Positions 37,448 through 48,434 of a DNA stretch of 64,000 nucleotides are shown here, one piece after another. Numbering within the stretch: position 1 is the first letter of the stretch; each line of letters begins with the position of its first letter. Made by a program: the position numbers and the translations under genes. Source of the DNA: Candidatus Multivoradales bacterium (GTDB lineage: Bacteria; Acidobacteriota; Thermoanaerobaculia; Multivoradales; Multivoraceae); the NCBI GenBank assembly GCA_965223325.1, contig CBDCWI010000002.1, positions 2,400,001 through 2,464,000 of the forward strand, given 5' to 3'. The notes beneath the pieces are model-generated. The model was not told where the DNA came from. It did no database searches and saw only the letters and a program-made list of their open reading frames with translations.

Positions 37448-38227
37448 TCAGCTGGCGACTCCCAGAACACGTGGACCGTCTTCGGTGACGGCGATCGAGT
37501 ACTCAAAGTGGGCGGAAAGTGAACCGTCGCTGGTGCGTGCGGTCCAACCATCTGCATCGACTGAAACGTCTGGCGAACCTACGTTGACCATCGGCTCGAT
37601 CGCGAGAACCAGCCCCACGTCGAGCTTACGGCCGCGCCCCGGTTCACCATAGTTCGGAACCTGCGGCGCCTCGTGCAAGCTGGTGCCCACACCGTGACCG
37701 ACGAACTCTCGAACCACCGAGAAACCGTGCTCCTCGACATGGCTCTGCACCGCATGCCCGATATCGGACAGGCGCGCCCCGGGCTGCGCCGCGCGAACAG
37801 CATGTTCGAGCGACTCCTGGGTCACCCGCAGCAGACGATCAGCGTCGGACGAAACGTCTCCCACCCGGAAGGTGCGAGCCGAGTCACCGTAGTAGCCCTT
37901 GTAGAGAACGCCGCAGTCAAAGCCAACTATATCGCCTTCAACGAGCGCCTTATCATCTGGAATGCCATGCACGATCACATCGTTGATCGCGGTACAAAGG
38001 GTGGCGGGAAATCCCCGATATCCTAGAAATGCGGGAACCCCTCCAGCGTCGCGGATCAACCCCTCGGCCCAGGCATCGAGCTCCGCCGTGGTGACTCCCG
38101 GCTGCACGCGTTCGCCCAGACCCGCCAGAACACGCTGCACGATGACGTTGGCCTCGTGCATGAGCTCGATCTCACCAGCGGTCTTCAGGTGCACGCCGTC
38201 CTTCTTGCGAGCCAGCCAACCCTTCAT
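37448..38227 (-). CDS. map: Methionine aminopeptidase type I
   Basis: VHGIP, GDSART, GHGVG..LHE, AIEPM, SAHFE. Confidence 0.96.
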   Translation of the reverse strand: MKGWLARKKDGVHLKTAGEIELMHEANVIVQRVLAGLGERVQPGVTTAELDAWAEGLIRDAGGVPAFLGYRGFPATLCTAINDVIVHGIPDDKALVEGDIVGFDCGVLYKGYYGDSARTFRVGDVSSDADRLLRVTQESLEHAVRAAQPGARLSDIGHAVQSHVEEHGFSVVREFVGHGVGTSLHEAPQVPNYGEPGRGRKLDVGLVLAIEPMVNVGSPDVSVDADGWTARTSDGSLSAHFEYSIAVTEDGPRVLGVAS

Positions 38228-38859
38228 CAGCTGGCCTCCTGCTCGCCGCCGGTGCCAGGCGCGTCGCAGCCACAGTCGCAGCCAAAGTCACAGCCGATGG
38301 CCAACAAGATCGCAGCCGAGACTTCATCGATGGCCTGGTTGCCGTCAATGCGGCGCAACAGGCCTTCGGCACGGTAGCGCTCGATCAGGGGAGCAGTCTC
38401 ACTGTCGTAGACATCGAGCCGGTCCGCCACGACCGCCTCGGTGTCGTCAGCGCGGCCACGACTCAACAGGCGTTTCATCAGCTCCGCTCGCGGCACATCG
38501 ATGAGCAGAACGTGATCGATGCTGGCCTGGCGGCGGACAAGGATTTCCACCATCTTTTCGGCCTGCGGAGCGGTCCGGGGGTAACCGTCGAGAAGATAGC
38601 CACCTTCTGTATCTGGAGCGGTCAGGCGTTCTGAGACGACGCCTGCCATCAGTTCGTCGCTGACCAGGCCGCCCTCAGCCATCACACCCTTGACCTCGAG
38701 CCCCAGCTCGGTTTCGGCGGCGACCGCCTCACGCAACATATCCCCCGTCGAGATCGCCGGCACGCCCAGCCGCTCGGCCAGGATCGCTGCCTGCGTTCCC
38801 TTACCAGACCCCGGAGGGCCTAGGAAAATGATGCGAATCGGCTGCTTAGCGTCGGCCAC
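38227..38859 (-). CDS. adk: Adenylate kinase (short LID)
   Basis: GPPGSGKGTQ, STGDMLR, LDGYPRT. Confidence 0.96.
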   Translation of the reverse strand: MADAKQPIRIIFLGPPGSGKGTQAAILAERLGVPAISTGDMLREAVAAETELGLEVKGVMAEGGLVSDELMAGVVSERLTAPDTEGGYLLDGYPRTAPQAEKMVEILVRRQASIDHVLLIDVPRAELMKRLLSRGRADDTEAVVADRLDVYDSETAPLIERYRAEGLLRRIDGNQAIDEVSAAILLAIGCDFGCDCGCDAPGTGGEQEAS

Positions 38860-40225
38860 GAAGTCGCCCCTTCTTCATGAAGCCTTCATAGTTGCGCATC
38901 ACCAGCTGCGATTCGATCTGCTGCAGCAAGTCCATGGCAACGCCAACCACGATGAGTAGCGAGGTACCGCCGAAATAGAAGTTGATCCCCAGCCCCTCGG
39001 TGAACCAGGTGGGCGCAAAGTTCTCGAGCTGCGGCCCAACGAAAGGCAAGCCGCCGACCTTGAAGCCCGACAAGAGGAACTCCGGCAGCACCGACACAGC
39101 TGCCAGGTAGAGCGCGCCGACGAGGGTGATGCGGGTCAAGATCTTGTCGATGTACTCGGCGGTTCGTTTGCCCGAGCGAATGCCGGGAATGAAACCACCG
39201 TACTTGCGCATGTTCTCCGCGAGATCAGCCGGGTTGAAAATGATCGACACGTAGAAGAAGCAGAAGAAGATGATCGCCGCCACGTAGAGCAGGTAGTAGA
39301 TCGGCTGCCCCCACTGAATCGTCTCGGCAATGCGCTGAACCCAGGGCAGCTGCACCATGCCACCGATGGTGGCCGGCACGGTCACGATCGAGCTTGCAAA
39401 GATGACGGGGATCACCCCGCCGGTGTTGACCTTGAGCGGCAAGTAGGTGCTCTGCCCGCCGGCCATGCGGCGGCCCACGACGCGCTTGGCGTACTGCACC
39501 GGGATGCGGCGTTGCGCCTTCTCCATATAGACGATGAAGGCAGTGACCAACAGCATGAAGACCACCAGGATCAGCACCGTGATGACGCTCAGCGAGCCGT
39601 TCTGAACCGAGTTGAGGGTGTCGAGCGTGGCCGGAACCAGGCCGACGACAATGCCCGCGAAGATGATCAGCGAGATGCCGTTCCCGATTCCACGCTCGGT
39701 GATCTGCTCGCCGAGCCACATGACGAAGGCGCAACCGGTCGTGAGAGACAAGACGGTCATCAGCACGAAACCAACGCCCGGTTCGGGCACCAGCTGACTA
39801 CCACCCTCGGTGGTCACCCGTTGCAACCAGATCGCGATACCGGTGGACTGGATGACCGAGATCAGAACCGTTCCGTAGCGGGTGTACTGAGTGATCTTCT
39901 TGCGGCCAGCTTCACCTTCCTTCGAGAGCTTCTCGAGGGCGGGAGAGACAACGGTCAGCAGCTGCAGAATGATCGAGGCCGTAATGTACGGCATGATGCC
40001 GAGCGCAAACACGGCGACACGACCGAGCGCCCCACCACTGAAGGTGTTGACGAACCCGACGAGGGTCCCCTCCATCGCGGTCATGAACTCGAGCAGCGCA
40101 GCCGGATCGATTCCTGGCGTCGGAATCTGGCACCCCAACCGGTAGACCGCCAACATGGCGAACATGAAAAGCAGGCGATTCCGGAGATCCGGAATCGCGA
40201 ACATGTTGCGAAAACTCTCGATCAC
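38846..40225 (-). CDS. secY: Preprotein translocase SecY
   Basis: [34 protein letters not shown]. Confidence 0.98.
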   Translation of the reverse strand: MIESFRNMFAIPDLRNRLLFMFAMLAVYRLGCQIPTPGIDPAALLEFMTAMEGTLVGFVNTFSGGALGRVAVFALGIMPYITASIILQLLTVVSPALEKLSKEGEAGRKKITQYTRYGTVLISVIQSTGIAIWLQRVTTEGGSQLVPEPGVGFVLMTVLSLTTGCAFVMWLGEQITERGIGNGISLIIFAGIVVGLVPATLDTLNSVQNGSLSVITVLILVVFMLLVTAFIVYMEKAQRRIPVQYAKRVVGRRMAGGQSTYLPLKVNTGGVIPVIFASSIVTVPATIGGMVQLPWVQRIAETIQWGQPIYYLLYVAAIIFFCFFYVSIIFNPADLAENMRKYGGFIPGIRSGKRTAEYIDKILTRITLVGALYLAAVSVLPEFLLSGFKVGGLPFVGPQLENFAPTWFTEGLGINFYFGGTSLLIVVGVAMDLLQQIESQLVMRNYEGFMKKGRLRGRR

Positions 40226-40659
40226 TTCGAGATCTCCTCGCAACTACCACCGGCACCCTCGATCTTCTCGCGAGCGCTCTTGCTGAACTTGTGCGCCCGA
40301 ACGTGCACAGCCTTGGACAGGTCGCCGTCACCGAGGATCTTCACCTTGCGGTTGCGGCGTACAAGATGAGCCGCCGCAAGGCTCTCCGGAGTGATCGGAT
40401 TCTCGAGGTCTGCGAGGGCGCCAACATTGAGAACCGAGTACTCGGTTCTGAAGATGTTGGTGAACCCTCGCTTCGGCACACGGCGAACCAGTGGCATCTG
40501 GCCACCCTCGAAGCCAGGGCGCCGGCTGAAGCCGGAACGGGAGCGCTGCCCCTTGTTGCCACGACCGGCAGTGACGCCATTGCCCGAGCCAGGGCCACGC
40601 CCCACGCGCTTGCGCTTCTTGCGGCTTCCCTTGGCGGGTTTCAGGTCATGCAGTTTCAT
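40222..40659 (-). CDS. rplO: 50S ribosomal protein L15
   Basis: [26 protein letters not shown]. Confidence 0.98.
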   Translation of the reverse strand: MKLHDLKPAKGSRKKRKRVGRGPGSGNGVTAGRGNKGQRSRSGFSRRPGFEGGQMPLVRRVPKRGFTNIFRTEYSVLNVGALADLENPITPESLAAAHLVRRNRKVKILGDGDLSKAVHVRAHKFSKSAREKIEGAGGSCEEISK

Positions 40660-40763
40660 GGTTCGAATCCTCGTTGGCTCTCTGGCTGTCTGGTATTGGG
40701 CTGGCTGGTCTGGGAAGGAAAGTGTTAAGTCTTGGTTCAGTCTTGGTTGGTCGCCGGCAAGGC

Positions 40764-40958
40764 TCAGTCTTCGACCAGGCGCACGAGGTGCGGGATCTTC
40801 TTGATCATGCCGCGCACCGCCGGCGTGTCTTCACGCTCAACGACGTGACGAATGCGGCGCAGGCCGAGGCCGCGCAGCGTGTCGCGCTGCTTCTGGGTGC
40901 GACCGATAGGACTGCGGTACTGCTCGATCTTGATGGTTGCCTTCTTCTTCTTGGCCAT
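40764..40958 (-). CDS. rpmD: 50S ribosomal protein L30
   Basis: [24 protein letters not shown]. Confidence 0.95.
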   Translation of the reverse strand: MAKKKKATIKIEQYRSPIGRTQKQRDTLRGLGLRRIRHVVEREDTPAVRGMIKKIPHLVRLVED

Positions 40959-41506
40959 TACGAAGCTTCTCCTGCGACCTCCGGCCCGCCGGCGGGCTGC
41001 GGCGCGACCTCGTCGGTAACCAGTGGCAGGCCGCGAAGCTGCCGCACCTGATTCTGGCTGCGCAGCGAAACGAGGGCTGCAAAGGTCGCCTTGACGACGT
41101 TCTGCGGGTTGGTGGTGCCGAGCGACTTGGTGAGGATGTCCTGGACGCCGGCACATTCGATGACCGCACGCACCGGTCCGCCGGCAATGACGCCGGTACC
41201 TTGCGAGGCTGGCTTGAGCATCACGCGGCCGGCCGAGAAAACGCCGGTGACTTCGTGCGGAATCGTAGTCCCCGACATCGGCACGCGAATCAGGTTCTTC
41301 TTGGCGGACTCGATTCCCTTACGAATCGCCACCGGAACCTCCTTCGCCTTACCCGAGCCGTAGCCCACGCGCCCACGCCCGTCACCAATGACAACAAGTG
41401 CCGAGAACGAAAAGTTCTTACCACCCTTGACTACCTTGGTGACGCGATTGATGTGGACGACTTGCTCGAAGAAGTCTCGATCTAGTCGGTTGATTTCCCT
41501 GGCCAT
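40958..41506 (-). CDS. rpsE: 30S ribosomal protein S5
   Basis: [24 protein letters not shown]. Confidence 0.98.
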   Translation of the reverse strand: MAREINRLDRDFFEQVVHINRVTKVVKGGKNFSFSALVVIGDGRGRVGYGSGKAKEVPVAIRKGIESAKKNLIRVPMSGTTIPHEVTGVFSAGRVMLKPASQGTGVIAGGPVRAVIECAGVQDILTKSLGTTNPQNVVKATFAALVSLRSQNQVRQLRGLPLVTDEVAPQPAGGPEVAGEAS

Positions 41507-41971
41507 GTTCTAGTTCCTGTTCTTTGTCTCTTCTGAGCCGCACGGCGAAGCCGTGCTTGGCGGGAAGCTCCCTGGCTGGGAGCATGATCCTCATCATGCT
41601 TCTAGCCAGGAATGTGGACGACTTGCTCGAAGAAGTCTCGATCTAGTCGGTTGATTTCCCTGGCCATGTTCTAGTTCCTGTTCTTTGTCTCTTCTGAGCC
41701 GCACGGCGAAGCCGTGCTTGGCGGAAGGCTCCCTGGCTGGGAGCATGATCCTCATCATGCTTCTAGCCAGGAATGTGGACGACTTGCTCGAAGAAGTCTC
41801 GATCTAGTCGGTTGATTTCCCTGGCCATGTCTTAGTTCCTATCTCTTTCTTGGCTCCCACCTGAGCCTGGTCCCACCTGAGCCGCACGGCGAAGCCGTGC
41901 TTGGCGGGAAGCTCCCTGGCTTGGAGCATGATCCTCATCATGCTTCTAGCCAGGATCCCTGGCCATGTCTT
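41451..41971 (-). repeat. Tandem array of RBS + first 56 nt of rpsE + hairpin element (units 41451-41611, 41612-41772, 41773-41955, partial 41956-41971)
   Basis: Direct reading: period 161 bp; units 1 and 2 differ at 2 nt; unit 3 has a different linker. Confidence 0.95.
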
Positions 41972-41990
41972 GTTGAGGCGAAACCGCACA

Positions 41991-42377
41991 TCAGAATTCG
42001 AGCCCGCCTTCTCTCGCCGCATCGGCGAGGGCTTTGATCTTGCCGTGGTAGACGAACCCACCGCGGTCGAACACCACCTTCTTGACGCCCTTATCGAGAG
42101 CGCGCTCGGCAACCAGCTTGCCCACCGCTTCGGCCGCACCCTTGTTCGAGGTACCACCGGAGACCTGCGAACGCACCGCAGACTCCAGGGAGTTCGCCTG
42201 CGCGAGGGTGGTGCCATCGGCATCGTTGATCACCTGAGCATAGATGTACCTGAGGCTCTTGCTAACGGACAGACGCGGGCGCTCTTCGGTACCGGTCACC
42301 CGGTGACGAATGTGGTAGCGCTTGCGCTGTCGACGGTTCTGTCTGAGCAGGGTTCTCCTGCGTCCTATGGAGCTCAT
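41991..42377 (-). CDS. rplR: 50S ribosomal protein L18
   Basis: [34 protein letters not shown]. Confidence 0.97.
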   Translation of the reverse strand: MSSIGRRRTLLRQNRRQRKRYHIRHRVTGTEERPRLSVSKSLRYIYAQVINDADGTTLAQANSLESAVRSQVSGGTSNKGAAEAVGKLVAERALDKGVKKVVFDRGGFVYHGKIKALADAAREGGLEF

Positions 42378-42392
42378 TCTCTAAACACCTTT

Positions 42393-42938
42393 CTAGGCAG
42401 GACCGGTCGCAGCGGCCTTGCCGACCTTGAGCTTGAGCTGTTCGTCGGCGTACTTGATGCCCTTGCCCTTGTAGGCATCGGGGGGCCGCAGCGCGCGCAA
42501 TTCCGCCGCCACCTGGCCGACCTGCTGCTTATCGAAGCCGGTCACCGAAATCTTGTTGTTGTCAATCGCAACCGTGACGTTCTCCGGAACCTTGTAGATG
42601 ACCGGGTGGGAGAAGCCGAGAGCCAGGTGCACTTCCTTGCCTTTGACTTCGCCGCGGTAGCCAACGCCGTTGATCTCGAGCTCCTTGCTAAAGCCCTCTG
42701 TGACGCCGGTGACAGCGTTGTTGAGCAGCGACCGCAGAAGACCTTGCTTGGCGCGCGCCGTGGGCGCTTCGGAATCCGTCGTGACCGTGACCACGCCGTC
42801 CTCGAGCTCAACCCCGAGCCCTCCGAGAATCTCTTGCTCGAGCTTGCCCTTTGGGCCCTCGACCACAAACTTCCCGTCAGCGATTTGGATCTTGGCGCCA
42901 TCCGGTACCGGAATCGGCGCTCTACCCACTCGTGACAT
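42393..42938 (-). CDS. rplF: 50S ribosomal protein L6
   Basis: MSRVGRAPI, GVGYR, RPPDAYKGKGI. Confidence 0.98.
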   Translation of the reverse strand: MSRVGRAPIPVPDGAKIQIADGKFVVEGPKGKLEQEILGGLGVELEDGVVTVTTDSEAPTARAKQGLLRSLLNNAVTGVTEGFSKELEINGVGYRGEVKGKEVHLALGFSHPVIYKVPENVTVAIDNNKISVTGFDKQQVGQVAAELRALRPPDAYKGKGIKYADEQLKLKVGKAAATGPA

Positions 42939-42970
42939 GTCGAAACTCCTTCTCTTCCCTTAGCTCGTGA

Positions 42971-43369
42971 TCAGTAGATCTCGCAGATGACCTCGCCACC
43001 GACGCGACGCTCACGCGCCTCATGGTCGGTGAGAAGCCCCTGAGATGTTGAAAGCACTGCAGTGCCAATGCCGTTCAAGACGGGGCGCAGTTCGTCTGCC
43101 CCTTTGTATACGCGGCGACCCGGCTTCGAGACGCGCTTCACCTTAGTGATTGCTGGCGTGCCCTCCGCGGAGTAACGCAACAAGATGTCGACTCGCTTGC
43201 CTGGCGGATCCTCTTCGACGCGGTAGCTCTGGATGTAGCCCTCGCGCTCGAGAATCCGGCAAATCGCCAGCTTCGCCTTCGACGACGGCACGCTGACGCG
43301 GTCGTGCTTGGCGATGATCGCGTTGCGAATCCGTGTCAACAGATCGGCGATGGGGTCCGTCATGGTCAT
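42971..43369 (-). CDS. rpsH: 30S ribosomal protein S8
   Basis: TDPIADLLTRIRNA, SKPGRRVY. Confidence 0.98.
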   Translation of the reverse strand: MTMTDPIADLLTRIRNAIIAKHDRVSVPSSKAKLAICRILEREGYIQSYRVEEDPPGKRVDILLRYSAEGTPAITKVKRVSKPGRRVYKGADELRPVLNGIGTAVLSTSQGLLTDHEARERRVGGEVICEIY

Positions 43370-43400
43370 CTGGGTTTTCCTTCTCTCTCTATCTTGAAAC

Positions 43401-43985
43401 TCAGGAGGCTTGCTTCATGCGATCGAGATCGCGGAATGGCAGGCCGAGCTCCTTGAGCAGAAAAAGCGCCTGCTCGTCGTTGGGAGCCGAGGTGACGATG
43501 GTGATGTTCATTCCTTTGGCGCCATCGGTCTTGTGGTAGTCGACCTCCGGGAAGATCAGATGATCACGGACCCCGAGGGTGTAGCTGCCGCGACCATCGA
43601 AGGCCCGCGGGCTGATGCCCCGGAAGTCACGGACGCGCGGAAGCGCTACTGAGATCAAACGATCGATAAACTCCCAAGCGCGGTTTCTTCGCAGGGTCAC
43701 GCGACAACCGATTGGCACGCCTTCACGCAGCTTGAAGGCCGCAATCGACTTGCGCGCACGGGTAATCGCCGGGCGCTGGCCAGCGATTGCCGCCAGCTCC
43801 TCTACCGCACTCTCGAGAATCTTGATGTTCCGGCTCGCTTCGCCGAGGCCCATGTTCAGCACGACCTTGTCGACGCGTGGCACCGCCATCTGGCTACTGA
43901 TGCCGAACTCCTTCTGGAGCTTCGGCGCGACCTCTTCGTCGTAGAGAGCCTTCAGGCGCGGCGTGTATGTGTTTTCTTCGGACAT
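43401..43985 (-). CDS. rplE: 50S ribosomal protein L5
   Basis: [23 protein letters not shown]. Confidence 0.98.
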   Translation of the reverse strand: MSEENTYTPRLKALYDEEVAPKLQKEFGISSQMAVPRVDKVVLNMGLGEASRNIKILESAVEELAAIAGQRPAITRARKSIAAFKLREGVPIGCRVTLRRNRAWEFIDRLISVALPRVRDFRGISPRAFDGRGSYTLGVRDHLIFPEVDYHKTDGAKGMNITIVTSAPNDEQALFLLKELGLPFRDLDRMKQAS

Positions 43986-44041
43986 CTTTCTTCCTCGATG
44001 CGTAGCTTCTGAATCTAGAGAGGGTTCGATCTGGTGGCCTT

Positions 44042-44365
44042 CTAGCTGAGGGTTGCGCCGCTGCGCTTGGCAACTCGGGCGCCCTTGCCGTCGGCCAGGC
44101 GCTTGCGACCAATCCGGGTGGGCTTGCCAGAGTCCGGATCGATCACCATCAGGTTGGAGGCGTGAATCGGCGCTTCGCGCTCGAGCACGCCGCCTTGAAT
44201 CTGTTGCTGGGGGTTGGGCCGCGTATGCCGTTTCATCATGTTGACGCCCTCGACAACGGCTCGACCGGTCGAAGGGATAACGCGCAGGACCTTGCCTTCA
44301 CGGCCCTTGTCCTTGCCAGCCAGCACCAGCACCTTGTCGTTCTTCTTGACGTGGAGTTTCGGCAT
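44042..44365 (-). CDS. rplX: 50S ribosomal protein L24
   Basis: KOW motif [15 protein letters not shown]. Confidence 0.98.
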   Translation of the reverse strand: MPKLHVKKNDKVLVLAGKDKGREGKVLRVIPSTGRAVVEGVNMMKRHTRPNPQQQIQGGVLEREAPIHASNLMVIDPDSGKPTRIGRKRLADGKGARVAKRSGATLS

Positions 44366-44366
44366 C

Positions 44367-44735
44367 TCAGATCACCTCGGGGGCGAGCGACACAATACGC
44401 ATGAAGCGCCGTTCGCGGAGTTCACGAGCCACCGGGCCGAACACGCGGGTCCCGACGGGCTCTTTGGCTTCGTTGATAATCACCGCGGCGTTCTCGTCGA
44501 AGCGGATGTAGCTGCCATCACGACGGCGACGCTCCTTGCGAACCCGCACGATGACGGCCTGGACAACCTGGCCCTTCTTGACGGTGCCGTCAGGCGTGGC
44601 CTCTTTTACGGAGGCTGTGATGATGTCGCCGAGCGAACCGTAGCGACCGCTCGATCCGCCCTTCAAGTGAATGCAGGCGATTCGTTTGGCACCCGAGTTG
44701 TCGGCAACCTGGAGAACAGTTCCCATCTGAATCAT
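44367..44735 (-). CDS. rplN: 50S ribosomal protein L14
   Basis: [21 protein letters not shown]. Confidence 0.98.
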   Translation of the reverse strand: MIQMGTVLQVADNSGAKRIACIHLKGGSSGRYGSLGDIITASVKEATPDGTVKKGQVVQAVIVRVRKERRRRDGSYIRFDENAAVIINEAKEPVGTRVFGPVARELRERRFMRIVSLAPEVI

Positions 44736-44746
44736 TCTTCGACCCC

Positions 44747-45022
44747 TTAGCCTCTAGCGCGTTCGACGACGCGGCGCACGCGCCAGCGCTTGGTCTTGGA
44801 AAGGGGACGCGTCGACACGATCTCGACCAGATCGCCTTCTTTGCAATCGTTGGCCTCGTCATGGGCACGGAACTTCGACGAACGGGAGAGCTGGCGCTTG
44901 TACAGCTTGTGCATGACGGTCTTGGGAACCTGCACCACTACTGTCTTATCCATCTTGGCGCTGATGACCTTGCCGGTCTTCACCTGCTGAGGCGCGCGTT
45001 CCTGGGTGGTTTGTTCAGACAT
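44747..45022 (-). CDS. rpsQ: 30S ribosomal protein S17
   Basis: [23 protein letters not shown]. Confidence 0.97.
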   Translation of the reverse strand: MSEQTTQERAPQQVKTGKVISAKMDKTVVVQVPKTVMHKLYKRQLSRSSKFRAHDEANDCKEGDLVEIVSTRPLSKTKRWRVRRVVERARG

Positions 45023-45103
45023 CGTTTTTCCTCTAAGGGAGTCTTCCTGTAGCGGAGGGCTCAGGGGCTCGCAGCCTCGATGAGACGCTCACTACTCCTC
45101 AAG

Positions 45104-45310
45104 TCACTCGTTTCCGTCGGCGGCGTTCAACTTCTCGCGCAGAACCGTCAGCACCCGCGCCAGATCCTTCTTGGTGTTCTTCACACGGGCAGGGCTGTCG
45201 AGCTGCCCCGTGACGCGCTGAATCCGCATGTCCCGCAGCTGCACGGAGAGGCTTTCTTCTCGCTCGCGCAAGGCGGCGACGGTCTCTTCCCTCAGTTCAC
45301 TGGCTTTCAT
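45104..45310 (-). CDS. rpmC: 50S ribosomal protein L29
   Basis: MKASELRE..GQL..KKDLARVLT; operon position. Confidence 0.95.
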   Translation of the reverse strand: MKASELREETVAALREREESLSVQLRDMRIQRVTGQLDSPARVKNTKKDLARVLTVLREKLNAADGNE

Positions 45311-45417
45311 GGTCTTGGGTCTCTTGGTCTAGCTGTGTGCGGTCTTGGTTGTTCTAACGTCTTCTTGTTGTCTGCTCTTGCGGGGCCTGGTACCGGGAGC
45401 CGCAGTTGCCGATCTTC

Positions 45418-45837
45418 CTAGCCGTGACTACCGTGACGGGTCACAAAACGCGTCTTGATCGGCAGCTTGTGCGAGGCTAGGCGCATGGCCTCTTTCGCCA
45501 GATCTTCTGGAACACCTTCGAGTTCGTAGAGGATGCGGCCTGGTTTGATCACCGCGACCCAGGCTTCTGGTGGCCCCTTGCCCTTGCCCATACGCATCTC
45601 GAGCGGCTTCTTGGTAATCGGCTTGTCGGGAAAGAGCCGGATCCAGACCTTGCCGGAGCGCTTGATGTGACGGGTCACAGCAATACGGGCGGCTTCGATC
45701 TGGCGCGCTGTGATCCAACCGACCTCCATTGCCTGGAGACCGTAGTCGCCAAACGCGATGTAGTCACCGCCCTTGGCACGCCCGGCACGGCGACCGCGGT
45801 GCATCTTGCGGTATTTGACTTTCTTCGGCATCAACAT
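45418..45837 (-). CDS. rplP: 50S ribosomal protein L16
   Basis: [18 protein letters not shown]. Confidence 0.98.
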   Translation of the reverse strand: MLMPKKVKYRKMHRGRRAGRAKGGDYIAFGDYGLQAMEVGWITARQIEAARIAVTRHIKRSGKVWIRLFPDKPITKKPLEMRMGKGKGPPEAWVAVIKPGRILYELEGVPEDLAKEAMRLASHKLPIKTRFVTRHGSHG

Positions 45838-45895
45838 GGTGGATTCACTCCTGGAACGGGTCTACTTCTATTCGAAATCTTGTTTGGGTAAGTGC

Positions 45896-45960
45896 GCGAT
45901 CGCACCTCAGGCGATCGCACCTCAGGCAATCGCACCTCAGGCGATCGCACCTCAGGCAAT
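45896..45960 (-). repeat. 15-bp tandem repeat x4 (TGAGGTGCGATYGCC) starting at the rpsC stop codon
   Basis: GCRATCGCACCTCAG repeated four times on the plus strand. Confidence 0.95.
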
Positions 45961-46605
45961 GGCTCTATGGCCCTTCTCGCGCAACAGGTCGCCCTTGTAG
46001 ATCCACACCTTGACCCCGATGGTGCCGTAGGTGGTGTGAGACTCGGCAAGCCCGTAGTCGATGTCAGCTTTCAAGGTATGCAGGGGTAGGCGGCCGTCCT
46101 GATACCACTCGGTCCGTGCGATCTCGGTCCCGCCAAGGCGGCCCGAAACCTGAATCTTGACCCCTTTGGCGCCGAAGCGGAACGCCGACTCCATGGCCTT
46201 CTTCATCGCCCGCCTGAAAGCAACACGACGGAGCAGCTGATGGGCGATGTTCTCTGCAACCAACTGAGCGTCGAGTTCGGGGCGCTGGATCTCCTGGATG
46301 TTGATATGCACCTCGCGACCGAGACGGCGCGTGAGGTCGTCGCGCAGCTTGTCGACCTCGGTTCCCTTGCGACCGATGATGATGCCCGGACGCGAGGTGT
46401 AGATCGTCACCCGGAACTTGTCGCCCGTGCGCTCGATGTCGATCTCACTCACGCCGGCATGGTGCAAACGCTTCTTGAGCTGGTTACGCAGCTTCAGATC
46501 TTCATGCAACCGGTCGCGGTACTGAGAGCCCTCGGCGTACCAACGCGACTTCCAGGTCTTGTTGTAGACCAGACGGAAACCATAGGGATGTACTTTTTGA
46601 CCCAA
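45952..46605 (-). CDS. rpsC: 30S ribosomal protein S3
   Basis: [27 protein letters not shown]. Confidence 0.98.
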   Translation of the reverse strand: MGQKVHPYGFRLVYNKTWKSRWYAEGSQYRDRLHEDLKLRNQLKKRLHHAGVSEIDIERTGDKFRVTIYTSRPGIIIGRKGTEVDKLRDDLTRRLGREVHINIQEIQRPELDAQLVAENIAHQLLRRVAFRRAMKKAMESAFRFGAKGVKIQVSGRLGGTEIARTEWYQDGRLPLHTLKADIDYGLAESHTTYGTIGVKVWIYKGDLLREKGHRAIA

Positions 46606-46616
46606 CGTTCTTCTCC

Positions 46617-46973
46617 TTAGGCTTCGTCGCCGTCTTCGGGGCGGGTATCCAACTTGATCGTGATGTGGCTCTGCCGCTTGAGGATGCGGAAGGCACGACC
46701 CTGGGGCGCAGGGCGCAACCGCTTGAGGCTCGGCCCGCCATCGACGAAGATCTCCTTGACATAGAGACGATCGATGTCGATGGCCTGGTCTCCATTCTCG
46801 GCGTTGGCAACGGCCGATGTCAGAAGCTTGCGCAGCGGTAGAGCCGCATACTTCTTGGTGAGGAGAAGGATGTTCGATGCTTCCTCAACGCCCTTTCCGC
46901 GAATCATGTCCGCGACCAGGCGAACCTTCTGCGGCGAGCCCTGGTGATAGCGCAGTCGTGCGGTGAATTCCAT
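46617..46973 (-). CDS. rplV: 50S ribosomal protein L22
   Basis: [28 protein letters not shown]. Confidence 0.97.
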   Translation of the reverse strand: MEFTARLRYHQGSPQKVRLVADMIRGKGVEEASNILLLTKKYAALPLRKLLTSAVANAENGDQAIDIDRLYVKEIFVDGGPSLKRLRPAPQGRAFRILKRQSHITIKLDTRPEDGDEA

Positions 46974-46999
46974 GTCGTTCTTTCCCTACCAGGGACGCG

Positions 47000-47284
47000 C
47001 TAGCGCGCCCGACCCTTCTTCTCGCGGCCACCGGCATGGCTGCGGAAGGTGCGCGTTTGCGCAAACTCGCCGAGCTTGTGGCCGACCATGTTTTCCGACA
47101 CAAAGACCGGAATGAACTTCTGCCCGTTGTGCACGGCGATCGTTTGACCCACCATTTCGGGGATGACCGTCGATCGGCGCGACCAGGTCTTGATCACCTG
47201 CTTGGAGCCCGATTCGACGTGCTTGTGCACCTTCTCCAACAGGTGGTGATCAATGAAGAAACCCTTCTTGAGTGAGCGTGGCAT
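47000..47284 (-). CDS. rpsS: 30S ribosomal protein S19
   Basis: [22 protein letters not shown]. Confidence 0.98.
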   Translation of the reverse strand: MPRSLKKGFFIDHHLLEKVHKHVESGSKQVIKTWSRRSTVIPEMVGQTIAVHNGQKFIPVFVSENMVGHKLGEFAQTRTFRSHAGGREKKGRAR

Positions 47285-47316
47285 CGCGTGTCCTCTTTAT
47301 CTACTTCCCGAAATTC

Positions 47317-48147
47317 CTACTTCTTCTTGCGGCCGCGCACGATCATGCTCGACGTGCGCTTGTTGCGACGGGTCTTGGCGCCTTTGGTCTTCTTGCCCCA
47401 GGGCGTCGTGGGGTGGCGACCGCCACTCGACTTACCTTCACCACCACCCATGGGATGGTCGACCGGGTTCATCGAAACACCACGGTTGTGAGGACGGCGC
47501 CCCAGCCAACGGCTGCGACCGGCCTTACCGAGCGAAGCGTTGTTGTGCTCTGAGAAGCCCACCTCACCAAGGGTCGCTCGACAGTTGAGATGAACCTTGC
47601 GCACCTCGCCGGAAGGGAGACGAATCTGCGCCCACGCGCCCTCCTTCGCCATCACCTGCGCCGAGTTGCCGGCGCTGCGTACCATCTGGCCGCCCTTGCC
47701 GATCTTGAGCTCGATGTTGTGGACCTGACTACCGAGCGGGATGTGGCGCAGCGGCAGGCAGTTGCCGACGTTGACCTCGGCGCCCTCGCCGGACATGACC
47801 GTGTCACCGACCTTCAGCCCCTTGGGCCACAGGATGTAGCGCTTCTCGCCGTCGGCGTAGTTGAGGAGCGCAATGCGCGCCGACCGGTTCGGGTCGTACT
47901 CGACAGTGGCAACCTTGGCAGGAACGCCGTCCTTGTCGCGCCGAAAGTCAACCTGGCGGTAGCGGCGTTTGTGACCACCACCGCGGAACCAGATCGTCTG
48001 GTGACCCTTGTTGTTACGGCCGCCGATACGCTTCTTACCTTTGGTAAGCGGCTTGTGGGGCGTGTTCTTCGTCGTCAGCTCTTTGAAGTCGGCAAACTCC
48101 TGGTAGCGGCTTGCCGGATTCGTTGGCTTTCTCTTCTTGACAGCCAT
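47317..48147 (-). CDS. rplB: 50S ribosomal protein L2
   Basis: [23 protein letters not shown]. Confidence 0.98.
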   Translation of the reverse strand: MAVKKRKPTNPASRYQEFADFKELTTKNTPHKPLTKGKKRIGGRNNKGHQTIWFRGGGHKRRYRQVDFRRDKDGVPAKVATVEYDPNRSARIALLNYADGEKRYILWPKGLKVGDTVMSGEGAEVNVGNCLPLRHIPLGSQVHNIELKIGKGGQMVRSAGNSAQVMAKEGAWAQIRLPSGEVRKVHLNCRATLGEVGFSEHNNASLGKAGRSRWLGRRPHNRGVSMNPVDHPMGGGEGKSSGGRHPTTPWGKKTKGAKTRRNKRTSSMIVRGRKKK

Positions 48148-48149
48148 CT

Positions 48150-48434
48150 CTACATGCCCTCGAACAGGTTGATCTCGCCGGAGGCAAGGCGGACGTACGC
48201 CTTCTTCCAGTCTGGAAGATGGCCGACGTAGCGACCCTGGCGACGTTCTTTGCCGTGCATCGTTGCAACCCGCACCTCGGCCACGACCACCTTGGGGTAC
48301 GTCGCCTCGACGGCGCGCTTGATCTCGATCTTGTTGGCCCGCCGGTCGACTTCGAAAGCGACGATGTTCGCCTCTCCCTGAGCAGTGCTCTTCTCAGTGA
48401 TCAGCGGCCGGCGAATGATGTCGTGAATCCTCAT
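48150..48434 (-). CDS. rplW: 50S ribosomal protein L23
   Basis: PLITEK, ANKIEIK.AVE, WKKAYV. Confidence 0.97.
   Translation of the reverse strand: MRIHDIIRRPLITEKSTAQGEANIVAFEVDRRANKIEIKRAVEATYPKVVVAEVRVATMHGKERRQGRYVGHLPDWKKAYVRLASGEINLFEGM

Noticed and set aside
41451-41971. CRISPR array interpretation of the rpsE repeats
   Set aside because: The would-be spacers are near-identical rather than unique, the period is 161 bp, and there are no cas genes.
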